Part shown: positions 39,720 to 52,900 of the stretch, in pieces | How the letters are laid out: each line of letters opens with the position of its first letter | How positions within the stretch are numbered: position 1 is the first letter of the stretch | NCBI GenBank assembly: GCA_905331295.1 | Contig: CAJNYD010000038.1 | Span: forward strand, 45,854-108,643 | DNA: 62,790 nt | Direction of reading: 5' to 3' | DNA from: Rotaria socialis | Lineage: Eukaryota | Translations under genes and position numbers: made by a program | Notes under the pieces: generated by a model | Seen by the model: only the letters and a program-made list of their open reading frames with translations | The model's database searches: none | What the model was told of the DNA's origin: nothing

Positions 39720-42700
39720 TCAGTCAGTATTCTTTGATCGTTTGTTTTTCTAAAACGAAAAGCAAATGGATTATCTACATGTACTATCAATTATCAATAA
39801 AGATTTACCTTTTTCATTTTGATTGAGATATCACTAATATATTGAAGATCAATATATCGTTTGTATTCGTTTGTATTTAAATCTTTTAACCATAATGTTA
39901 CGGCAAAACGCAGATCGTTTAAATAAAACTTCTGTTTAAATGCATCGCATTTTTTAAAATGCGTTTTATCTGCTTGTCCATCTAACAGATTATCATATGT
40001 TAAAAATGAAATAGAAAGTTACGTTATATTACTTGAGTGCAATGATTCAAAAGTCGTTATTTGATTTTTTAATAGCTGACTCTCTAAGAGATTGATGACA
40101 ACCAGATAAAGCCTAGAATGCATTATTAGACAAAAACCATTATAGATTATTTCAAAATCATACCTCATTCTAAGCATTCCATTTGTGCCTATCAAACTTT
40201 CACAGCCTTCAATAAATTCACCTTGCATAAAAATTGGATTATCAACAGAGTATTTTCCATTTTTCTCAGGCTTGTAAAATTGAAAATACGGATGAATGTA
40301 TATGCAACCATTGATAGTGCGTGTGACAATGCAAATTTCTACTTTTATACTACGGGGATCAAGAGGACTTTGGTCGAATAGAATCATTTTTGGTATCTAA
40401 ATTTAATATACTAAACATGATTTTCTTCATTAAACAACTTACCAATAAGTCTAAAAAGTGATTTTCATTTCGATCAGCGAAATAACTTGGGCAACTTGGT
40501 TCGGATTTCGTTATACCGTCACGTTTATATTCATTATTTGGTACATAGTCGCTTAGGTAACGAGCGCGAAATTCTCTCGTAGGTTCAATTTGAAATTTTA
40601 TCTGTTGCTCGCTGTGCTTGTTATAAAAATTAAGTGTGACAGGTGTTGATACACCTGTACCCAAGTAGTCTTGTATTTTTAGTTTTTCCAGTGTTTTATT
40701 CAGTTTAGCTAGAAGATGTTTTAAGGTTGATACAGATTTCTTTTCCAGAAGCGCGATACTTACGATTTACAGTCGAATAGCTATTTATTTTATAATGCTG
40801 ATGAATATCGTTCGGTATATCACTGTTGCTATCTGAAAAAATGCGGTATATTTTTTGAAACATTTTGAAAAAAAAAACATGATTAACTTACCACATGTAT
40901 AAATATTATCACTGGGCGGCAGCGGTCGGTAATATTTCGATGATTGCTCATTGACTAGAAAAAGAGATTTAGTTTAACCGTTCTTAAACGAATCTCAAAT
41001 TGACAACTTCAAGAAATTCTTTGAAACTCGACTGAATTTTTATTGCTATCAATACATCTTTTCTATATGTGATCTTCTTCTTTAAATGCAATTATAGATT
41101 TATTATTTAATGAACACGTGCTGACATATTAGTAAAATATGTGATGAGTATAACAAACCTAGATTTGATGAGCCCGAAGTTGATGCTGGCAATGACTTTG
41201 TTTCAATTTCTAATTTTTATTTAAACAAAATAAAACATTAAAAGAGAAAAATTCACTTTTTGTTTACCGGATAACTTTCGTTTCTTCGATGGATTCGTTG
41301 AAGCATCCATGGCGATGAAATTTTCCAGATCAATAAGTTCGTCGCAAGCTATAATAAATAGAGGAAAGTAAAAATAAAAACATTCCCATTCATATTATAT
41401 ATTTACATCTTTCACCAGGTTGCTGTACCAACACATTGATATCTGCCATATTATTGCGTAGATCAAATGTATAGTCTATAAAAAAGATATTGTAACTGTT
41501 GATTTTCTCGTTCAAATGAATAATTTGCTCACCTGGAAATGTTTCACTAATAAATTCATGTAAAAGTTCTTGTACTTTCTTATCATTGCGGGAAAAAATA
41601 GCAGTTTCGTAATCTGAATTATTTCCAACACGTAGACACAGTGGTTCATAATGACTACGATTTAGAATAATATAACAGCACTTTTCAAATGATGCCCCAT
41701 TTGAAGGAAATTCGGTAACATGTATACAATGTTGTACAGGAGAAACATCTACCACACGAATCAGTATCCCATGATGTTCAGCTATAGCGTTAATTTCTAA
41801 TTCGCCCCCAAATCTTTTGGTATTTTCAATATCCCAACAATATTCTTCAAAGCTTTTATTGCATTCATAAGCCAGACCTTCTTTGTTGATTGTTTTCGAT
41901 TTGCGATGAGAATCGGCAGCTTGTTTACGTAAATCTTGATAAGTAACTTTACACGTACTATTTAATACTTTGGAAAGCGATGAAAATAAGCAGTGACCAT
42001 CTCCAGGAACATGTATCTGAACAATTTTTTGTTTTGTTTTGATCGAATCAAATGGTGTTGGTTCGTCTAGCATAAAAAAAGGTTATTTTATATATATAAA
42101 CCAGCTAATAAAAATAGACCGGAGGATATATTGAGAACTGAAACAAGCTCAACATGATCTAATTTATTGAGAAACTCAAAACTTCTTCTTATAGGGAGTA
42201 TGGAAAGTGCATAGATACGCTTTTACCATACCATTATTTATTATCGGCATGGACGATGAAGAAACTTTTGCACGATTACTCATTGGCAGTGGCTGGCCGT
42301 CATCTATTTAGAATATAAATTACAGAAGGTCAAAACCTAAATTAACAGAAAAACGATTCGTACCTGAGATATTTTCCTGTTCCATCATAAAATTGTTTGC
42401 ATTGAAATCATCTAAAAAACAAATTTATTTACCGTAAAACCATCGATCGTTTACTACTTTGTCAAAATATTATACTGACCTTGTACATTCGATATTATAT
42501 CAGGCTGATCAATTAGTTTTGCATTTTTTAAATCAATACATCCTTCATCTATATGTAAAGAAAACAGAAGAGTTGCTCTTTGTTGAGAAGATTGGAATAT
42601 TTTTTCTTACATTTAAGTTCTCGCCGAATAAATTCAACAAGAAGTCCTTGCATCATCTCATTGTCATGTTTAAAATTGTGCTTTTCTTCTTCTTTCTTTG

Positions 42701-43177
42701 TTTTATTATATAAATTTAAATGGCTATAATGGCCAGTGGTACCGTCGTATAATAGACAAATGCATTTCTTATATGATACAATATTTTTGGTATAATTAAG
42801 CACATCTATAGAGACATTGCCATTATCACATTTGCTTTTGACAATAACAAAAAATAAGTAGTTTGGATACATCACTGTTAAGCCCATAAATACCATGTGA
42901 TCACTGAACATTGAGTCAGTTTTCATTTTATTGCAATGTTCAATAAAATCTTTACAGTTTTCTTCAGTAAGGTAATAATTGAAGTTGACACGTTGTGACA
43001 CAAGAATACACTGAGCTACATTGTAACGTAACTCGCCAACGTTAATAATGTCGATAGCATCAAATCCACGAAGAACAGAATGATATAAACTTAAGCCACC
43101 ACCATCACATTTTTCAGCACGAATCTCGTATGATATTTCAGGTATACCGGTTTTGTTTGTAATTAACTGTTCATATT
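39720..43177 (-). CDS. Multi-exon gene: degenerate OTU + OTU cysteine protease + NLS + Rel-homology (NFAT/NF-kB-like) DNA-binding domain; 5' end unresolved
   Basis: A chain of GT-AG introns (mostly phase 1) joins track ORFs 42549-43001, 41390-42073, 40359-40664 and 40019-40387 without stops. Motifs: PGDGHCLF..GGELEI..HYEPL; PSKKRKL; IEPTREFRARYLSD; YIHPY; YLNDLRFAVTL..ISD. Confidence 0.72.
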
Positions 43178-43948
43178 CTAAAAGAGATATTGAATATAGG
43201 TTTATTTTTCATAAAAGAAAATTACGAATTTTCTCTTTCAACTAGAGACCTTCTTAGAACCAATATTGGATTCAAGCTCTGTTCCGTACCTCATTTTTAC
43301 TCTGAAGAGTTTCAAAAAAAGACTAAGCTTATCGCATCTTCTCAGATAGGCCTATTGCCCAGAATTGTGGATAAAATATGAGAAAAATGAACAGCTATCA
43401 TCATTTTGAATCTGATCAATTTACATTTTAATACTCTTCCTGAATACTGACTCAAACCAGATTTATGTCAAAAAACACCTATTAACGATATGAATAACAT
43501 TAGAACTTTAGGCTAACAAATTTTTTATGGCATTCTCTTGCTCTGAACCCAACTAAACATTTCAAAACCAATCATACAAGTCACAGGAATATAATCTATC
43601 AAGGTCAAAGCAACGAAAATAACACTGTTTGACTTATAGTCAATGCTCACAGATAAGTTTGGGGTATTAAGCAGAACCGAAATTAAAGAAAACGATTGAG
43701 AGACTTCTACTTTTTCATTAAAATAATCGTACAACAAAATTTCACCAGAACCAAGAATTTTTTTAGCCACAATGAATATTTCTGTTGTATACTTCACATT
43801 ACAGGAGTAGATATTGATTTCAAATTAAAGCTTGTAAACAGAGAATAGGTCACAATCATGTATTTTTCGTTTAATTTAATTCCAGAATTTATTCCCATAG
43901 ATTTTTAAATTATTTAGTTTTCATCAAATCTCTGTCCTATCTTATCTT

Positions 43949-44749
43949 ACAATGTGCCTGTTTGTACTGTCGAGCGAGATGGACGACCGAATGGGGTACA
44001 AGTAATCACATTCACTGAGAAACTAGCGTATTCAAAATATGAACTGGTGATGGCTTATCTGGACAGAGATATTGGATTTTTCAGTGAATTTTCTCTGCAG
44101 GACCCGCTTCGCAACAAAATCATATTTTAGAACTTGGGCCTGAAACTTTGTCAGCATGAAGGTCTCAATGAGATTAGCTTACAGAAAAAAATTCAGAAGT
44201 TTTGGGCAAACTCTCTGAGATATGAATCTCTTAAAACATACAACTTCTATAGGAAATCGCCAATATTTTGAGAGATTTATGTCTCTGAGAGAGTTTGCCC
44301 AAAACTTCTGAATTTTTTTCTGTAAGCTAATTTCATTGAGACCTTCATGCTTACAAAGTTTCAGGCCCAAATTCGAAAATATGATTTTGTTGCGAAGCGG
44401 GTCCTGCAGAGAAAATTCACTGAAAAATCCAATATCTCTGTCCAGATAAGCCATCACNATGTTTTAAGAGATTCATATCTCAGAGAGTTTGCCCAAAACT
44501 TCTGAATTTTTTTCTGTAAGCTAATCTCATTGAGACCTTCATGCTGACAAAGTTTCAAGCCCAAGTTCTAAAATATGATTTTGTTGCGAAGCGGGTCCTG
44601 CAGAGAAAATTCACTGAAAAATCCAATATTTCTGTCCAGATAAGCCATCAACAGTTCATATTTTAAATGCACTAGTTTCTCAGTGAATGTGATCATTTGT
44701 ATCCCACCCGGTCGTTCATCTCGCTCGACAGTACAAACAGATCCATTGT
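43949..44749. mobile_element. Fold-back/MITE with ~290-bp inverted arms; right arm partly duplicated around an N
   Basis: ACAATG..CTGTTTGTACTGTCGAGCGAGATG at left, with its reverse complement ending CATTGT at 44749. The arm segment appears twice in reverse orientation (~44290-44457 and 44459-44749). Confidence 0.85.
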
Positions 44750-46935
44750 TAGTGACGATATTAACGTTCTAAAATTAGAAAAAAAATCATATGTACTTTA
44801 CCTTGTGGTCTTTTTTCTTTTAATTCATCATAATCATTTATTATTGCATTGAATTCAGCTACAATTATTGTAAAATGAAAATTAGCTTAAAAAAACAAAG
44901 ATTTTATTGAGAAATCTTTTTACCCTGATCACCAGATGTAATTCCTTGAAACATACCAGCAGAACATATATTTGTTTCAAATGTGGGAGATAGACATAAG
45001 TATAAAATAGTATCATCAAATTCTTTTAGAGATTCTTCAGCTTCTGTAGATGTACACCGGCGTGCCATGATTAGCAATGACTGAGTCTTTGTGAAGAAAA
45101 TCAACAGAACATACAAAAAACGACCTTGATGTCTTCTAGTAGTATGCTGCAATCGCAAATCGAAAAAAACCAACTTTCTACTAATGGTCGTTCATATAAC
45201 CAATCATTCGGCATGTGTCAGATCCTAATCATTTTTTTTGACTAATTATAAAACACTGAAAATTTATATCAACATTGATTTTCATGTTAAAATTAATATG
45301 TTGGAGACCAGGTTTTCTTTTGATATTAGATTAGAATATGGTGCCGCCATTTTCTTTTCTTGCATCGCAAACGTTCGCTTTGCGTAATTACCGTCGAGAT
45401 CCTATTTATTCGTCACATATCAACAAACACGTGTTTTTGTTGTAACGGTTATTTTTATTGAGAACAATCGATAAAATATGAGTCTTGATTATTTCAATCT
45501 TTCTAAAAGGCGATTTAAATGTTATATATAGATCTGTTTATTGTAGAGCTAGATGGTTGGAAGCACTAGTTATTAAAACTTCAAGAAAGTTAAAACCTGC
45601 ACCAATCAAGCAGTAAGTCGGCGTAAACGCATTCTGAGATACATTTTCATCAAACTATAAGCGAATAAGAAAAATGGCATGTGGGTTTCCATTTATTTGA
45701 TAAATCAAGTGCTCATACGTGGTAATCTATTGTGATAACGCTCTAGTGAAAAGAAAATCTTTGAAATCGGCGATTCAATTCACATGAAATTAATTTCGTC
45801 GAACAACAATCATTTTCAAGAATTTTAATATTTTTCAAAATCAGTTATATCAAAAGGTTGAATAGCCATTAACATACATTATTACCAGCACACAAACTAT
45901 TTTCATTGTTAACATTCATTTGTTGATTATGAAAGTCTTCAAAATGTGTGCTTTTCTAATAGTTCTGTAATGATACTATTAACTCAATTCTAAATAAATG
46001 GCTCACAGCATTGCCATAATATGCGACCGACAATGTCTGATTTCATTAATTCTAGTAAAAATATATTGAAAAACTCTTTCTATATATAGTTATTCTGTTT
46101 TCAAAGATATTCTCTCACAAGTGCACTTGAAATCCTTCTACATTCCTTATCAGAGCTGAAAATAGACCGCTTCTGTCATGTTCTTATATGCGTCTAGAGC
46201 TCTCCATGACAAAATAAAATTGTATCAGAACCACAATAAATTATCATACAAACTTCAGCTATTTACTCTAGACCGCAAGGTCATGTTGTGAAGCATATCA
46301 GTTCTATAACTCGTAATGAGTAAAATATAGGATGATTTCAACTATAATTGCACAGTAAAAGCCATGTATGAAGCAAATAATAACTATAGTAGTTTGCAAG
46401 GACATTTTTATTTGTCAATTAGCATTGTAGCAGCACAAACGCAAAATATTGAGCTGAATAACATAGGCCACGCTAAAAACAATGTTCGCCATAGAATTTC
46501 GATTGAAGCAAAACTAATTACTGTGGTTAACATTTAAAAAAATGTCCTGCTTTTCTAGTCGAAATCCAAATTATAATTTATTTATTTATTATTAATATCC
46601 ACATAGTCATCATACAACAAAAAAAGAAAAAGACTGAAGATAAAAAAAATCATATCATCACTATTGGCTATTCATAAGAGTAATAGAATACGAATGCAAA
46701 GAGAAATTTCTAATTTTTATGATTATCACGGGCTAAAAGCATACAATAGTAGAAAAGAAAAATAATCCATACAATAGATACGCTGAAACAAAGTCAAAAA
46801 CAAAAATAGTCAAAACTCGTTTTTTTTTCTTGTCGATAAAAACCGGTGTCTATTACGTTCATAAATAGTAAATCATCGCTAAACAATTTTAAAGCTTCAG
46901 ATAAAATTAGATAACTGGTACGGTTACAATTCTTG

Positions 46936-49900
46936 TCAAACTAAAATCTTCGAGTCAATGATTCGAGTAAGTGGTCTAATCTCTGAATCATCATTTTGCA
47001 TCGATGAATTTAATGAACGTAATGTTGGTGATGTAGCTAAATAATAGTTTCCATTCGTGTTTGCTTGGCGGGCTTGATTAGGTTGAATGAATTCTTTTTC
47101 AAAAATATATGTTCGATGCGAATTCAATGCCGGTAATAAAATTGTTTGATTCTTTTTTGACCGGAAATCGTCACGTTTCAATGTCGACGAACGAATATAA
47201 TCATTATTATCCGTTTCTGAATCAAGATCTGACTCATAAATATAATGTTCTTCAAATGAAACTGTAAATTCATTATCCACCGGTTGTAAAATAATATTTT
47301 CCGTTCCAATATGATAGACGGGTGGTGTTTGTATTGGTGGTATTTGATTTTCTTGAGCATGGAAAAGTGGAGGATCGTCATCAAAGCGATTTTGCTTTGG
47401 AGATATTGGTAAGTTATTTTTCTGACCGAAACGTGATACTGAATCAGGTTGATTAAGCGTGTCTATTCGCACTGAAATTGAAATATCACCTCGCAATTCT
47501 TCATCGTCATCTTGATAAGGAGGTTCATCAGATAGAGTCATGCTAATTTGTTGCTTTTCTTGAACTGGCTTAGGAGTTTCTTCTTTAGAAGGATAACGAG
47601 TATCGTGATATTCATATGATATTGGTTTAATGCGATGACCATATTTTGCTGATGAAGCCGATGAGCCACTTGGCACCAATCTATAACCATTCGTCGCTGG
47701 CGTTGTTGGAAGATCATCATCGATTTTCAAAATTGATACATACGATGTTGAACGTTTCGCACAGCTTGGTGTTGAATTAAGACTAGTCATAGAATGTGGT
47801 TTCGATAGACGTTTTATTGGTGAAATAGTTATTGTTCCGGATTCTTTTGTTGATGGTGGTTCTGGTTGGGTACTGCGATGTTGTTTAGGTTTCATACCAT
47901 CAAGACTTGTATCAGTTTCAATTGTATTTTTAGGAGATTTTTTTGTTCTAGGTGAACGTGCTGAAATTGGTGTAATTCCTATTAAATTTCTATAAAATTA
48001 CTGAAGAAGAATTTTGTTTTTTTTCTTACCCGGTTGAGAGCGATATCCATATGGCGGTGCAATAGCTCGTAGTACTATTGGTGAGGGTATTCGACTATCT
48101 ACTGATGGTGAATGACGGTCTGCCTGCATTCTGCTGGGAGTTTGAGTTGACGTTGATTCCTTTTGTGTGTCATTTCCAAAATTAGATGTTGGCACATTTT
48201 GAGTCATGATACCGACAGTACGTTTTAGTTTTTCCTCAGATTGAGTTCCATAATTCTTAAAACTTTTCTTTTCTGATTGAGTACCAGTCGAATTATTACG
48301 ATTTCGATCTTGTGATCTAGCCATTATATCGGAATCTTCGTCGTCCTCTTCGTTGCTGTAACGTGAATGTGGATCTGGTATTTGAGAAAACGTATATTCT
48401 CTTTCAAATACCGCTCTATCAGTTACTTCGTCAGTGATATCAGTTGTTGATGTGGAGTTTGGTCTTGGCGGTATGATGCCCGGCGTGTACACTTGTCGTC
48501 CCTCTGTAGTCCTAACAGTTATCTCGGTTGGCGTTTTACCTTTAAATAAATATTTAAAATAAAAATTACTAAATGATTATTACACAAACAGCTATGTATC
48601 TTTTTTTATTCTATGTTGATAAGAGTGCTTCGTATTAAAACATGCCATAATGCTCAAGCGCATACATTCCTATACCTCCTTATCGCAAATATGTATGTAC
48701 CTTATTCTTTCTCTGTGGAATGTTTATTACAATTTGTTAACGACCTTGTTTTCTTTCTTTCTTTCTTTCTTTCTTTCTTGTATTCTTGTATATATCTATT
48801 CACCTTCAGTACTAGACAAAATAGAACAACAGATAATAAAACTTGAAACTCAATTTAACACAGAAGAAATCTAGACAACGAACATAATTGTTATTTAAAA
48901 TTAATCACAGATAAATGATAAAAATTTAAAAAAATAAAGTGAATAGAGCAACTAAATGAAAGTTTAACGGCATCATTGTTTCTTGTTGCACGATCTATTG
49001 GTATTTTTGCTTTGCTTGTTTGTGAATAATTTTCGTTATTTTTTCTTCGATTTTTTCGATTTATTTTGCCTGTTTCGTCTCGGTATGCACAAGAAATTAG
49101 AGGATCGTTCTTCACTGTCACTGTTCGTTCCTTTTTTGGGCTTGGATTGACCTTGCTTTGATTGGCCAACCACCGGATCAATTTTTGCTATACTAGAAAT
49201 GCCCGGCTCTTCAACTTCAGATGGATCCTCATCGTCATCACCTGTTGATGCACTTCTATCAGTAGTACCATGTGGATTCATATACTCGCGATTAGTTTGA
49301 GATCCATCCATTGGGGATTCATTTTCATAAACTGGACTTTTAACATTGTCGCGTGGATTTACTTCATCGGTATCAGAACTAGATGGATAGGATTCTGATC
49401 GTGGTTTCATCACAATCGCTGTAAGCCCCTTTTCTTTGTCTGCATTATTAACTGTAATTGTTGAAGCATCACTATGCTTTTCGAATTCGGGAGGTTCAGC
49501 ATAATAATTATTTTTATTTTGACGAGCAGGCGCAGCATTTTGTTTACTTCCAGAATAGGTACTATGTTCTGCACCTTTTCCCACACTAGAACTGCCTTGT
49601 GAATCATGACCTAATGCGCTGTACTTTACTGTGCCATTTTCTTCATCCGATAATTGATCTTGATTTTTTTCACCAAAATAATATTTTGATTCGCGCTCTG
49701 ATGACTTTGATGGTGATGGTGATCTTGACGATTGTGAACTAAAACTATCTTCAATAGTATTATGTTTCAAATCATGTCTCTCGTAGTTCGATGGTGTGTG
49801 CACAGGAGAAGCTCCTGGTGCTGGTAATTTATTTTTTGAGGAATCATTACCGCCATCAAATTCTGAATTTGATTCATCCAAATCACTAAGCTTTGGCTTT

Positions 49901-52900
49901 TTCTCATATTTTCCATGAACATCATTTGAAGAATGTATACTATTTGAATCATTTTGAAGTTTATTACTATATGCTGGAGTTCGCTGGCCAGTTGACCCAT
50001 GAGCTTCCTTAATTTCTAGCTTTTGAACATCAGAACCTTCAAGAATAGCCTTGAATACAAACTCCATTTGAGTTTGTTTAGATTCAGGAGCATTTAAACT
50101 ACTAGCGGATGGACTTTGCCGATATTCAAACTTAGCCCACTTAATTTCATTCGGATTATTAACTGATTCTGCACGATCTTGACCTAACATGACGATAGGT
50201 CGGTATTTGTTTTCTTGTGGTCGTCTGTTTTGAGTTTCAATTGATTCAAGTCTTTCAGGCGACAACAACTTCGGTTGAGTATTATCTGGATAACTATCAA
50301 CTGAACTTTTTTCTGATCCATCTATTCGCTGATAATAGTCAGAGGGTTTTTGCTGTGGTGAAGATGTGTTTGAAAAGTATGAGTTCCGATTATACAAGTC
50401 ATCTTGATTTTTGTCTTGTAATACTAGCCGTTGGTATGCTGCATCGTCTCGAGGAGAATCGTTGCGTTGTGCACCCAAGTTTCGTCGATCATAGTCAGAG
50501 GATTTTTGTGGTAATGAAATGTATGAGTCTCGATTGTCATTTTCGTTTTGTGATGGTTGTGCATGCTTTAACGGCGTTCCTGTTTGTTCATTTGTTTTGT
50601 TCAATTCAGTGTATGGAGATTTATCTTTAAGTAGTTGTAAGCGCGCTTCTCGCAGTTTATATTTCGTTGGTGTAATTTTTTCGCGTTGCGGTAGGGTATG
50701 ATCAGGAAGAAACGTGACAGGAGCATTGACTTTTGGTGTGGAACTTATAGCAGAGTTTCTCGTTGGTGTTAAAAGTTGATATTTTCTAGGCTTAGTATTG
50801 GAATTGTCATGATCGTAATTGATGCCGTCGTTATCATCGTCATTATGCGTCGTGTAATCATTGTCAAACTGTGGCACCGGTAATGCACGTAACATCTTCG
50901 ATGGCGGAAAAAAATAAGGCAAATCTTTTACTGTATATTGTCGTGTAAGATATGTATCGTCTACAGTATTGTCGTCGCTATCGCTTTCGTATACTACTGA
51001 AATATACGCACGACTATCTTTGCTGGGAGTAGTTACTGGCGTTCTTTGTAAAGGTGGTGCGCTCGTTTTATCAGTGTTAGTATTATTAGGAAAGGATGTT
51101 GTTGACGAAAGGTAGATATGCTTGTTTGCTGGTGTGTTTAGGTTAGATGAGTAGGATAAGGTAGAACCTGTAGAACACAAGTAAAAAAAGGGGAAAATGC
51201 GAAATAAACATTGACTTTTGAATAAAAAGCATAGATAAATAGCAGCAACTTGTGCGCATACAAGCTGTACTCACGAATCATTGAAATAATTATTCGATAA
51301 AGTAGCGATGCTAATAGGTTGCATTCATCTGCAGACTTAATTCGAAAAATGATGGTAACAATTTTTAGTACGACAACACCAACGGATGTTTTCAATATGT
51401 ACTACGAAAGAAAAACGAAAAAGTAATAGCAGCAGCAGTAGTAGCGAGCTTGATTTTGTGGTACTTTTACAAACGATGGCAATAAAAAAATATACGAGAG
51501 AAAGAGAGAGAACAACGATAACTAGGTAAATCACCAGCAAACAATCATATTTGAAGAAAATAAATTATGCAATTAACGCGAGCATATACAATAAAACATC
51601 ACCGTTATCAAACTTACAATTTATTTCAGTTTTTATTATACTTGATGTTTTCAAAGGAATGAAAAAACGAAGACGGTGAATAAAGTCCGATAAGAAACCG
51701 AATCGATATTACTAATGGGAAAAGAATGCGCGTGAGCGGGCGTTTTTTTAGTGCGCAAATGATAGTTCTAAAGTGTGAGTATGAGATAACTCATATTTTT
51801 TTATGAGTAAATAAAGAAGAATATGAGTATCAATGTTTATTTAAGTTGAAATAACATAATCGAACAACTACGTATCTATATAAAAAGACTACTTACCAAC
51901 AACAATTTCTTGCCAAGGCGTGTGGATATCAGGCGATTCAAGGCTAATCACTCGAATTTTATATCGACCAGCTGAATAAAATACAAAAAATAGATATTTA
52001 ATCTATAGATTTTTTCGAAGGCGATTTATTCTCTTGAAATGAGTATTTTATTAGTACGTTTTTATGGTGCAATAAATAAATCCTTGTTTTATTTCTCTAC
52101 TTACGATATTTAAAGGTATAATCACGAAAGGCTACCAATGAATGTCCTTGAATCGGTTCAAGGTCTCTCTTAAGTATTGTTGTCGCTTGAGGACTATTTT
52201 CATCTAAATAAATGATATTATTATTTATTTATCTTAGAAACTAGAAAACTCTATGTACGTTTTTCTTCTAGTTTAACTCGGCCGGTAGCCCCTTCATCAC
52301 CAATAACGCTAAATGTTTTTAATTTTTCACCGGCAATTGCAGTTGTTTTTGGTGGCTTAGACCATTTCAGAAAAGTCAATCGAGGTGCTTTAATAGAAAA
52401 GGAAAGAAAAAAATAAGAACATCGACAATTTCTGCTCATTTATTGTAATTATTTACATCTTAATGCTTCTACGAAACGTATAAATTGAAAATGATCATTC
52501 ACATCTAAATATTTATCCTAAAAATAGAAGCATTAGTCACAATATAATAAATTCGTTTGTATCAATAGTGGGATAATATATTCTTAAAGATTTATTCAAT
52601 CTTGAGATAGTAGTAACACGAAAATTTGATAAATCTGACTGAGACCGGCTTTTGCAGATGAAATCAAAAAAAGAAAAGAAATGTTACCTCAGTTTTCATA
52701 ATATTGAAATAATTCTTTTTTTTATTGATAATCCTGAATAGAATTGACGCAAAAATCTACTTACAGATGAATTCAAAATTGCATCACGTTGCTCATCTAA
52801 TGTTTCCAGATCATTAATACCCTATGATAGAGCAAAATAATTAAGAATTTACGTTTTTACTAATTCAATTTATTACGTTAGCTAAAAGTGTGTTAAGGCT

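Noticed and set aside
43225..43340. Candidate first exons/ATG (43294) for the OTU-Rel gene
   Set aside because: Tested splice combinations hit in-frame stops or lack an ATG; 5' end left unresolved
44179..44457. 92-aa ORF
   Set aside because: Lies within a palindrome arm, starts at the N, no recognisable motif
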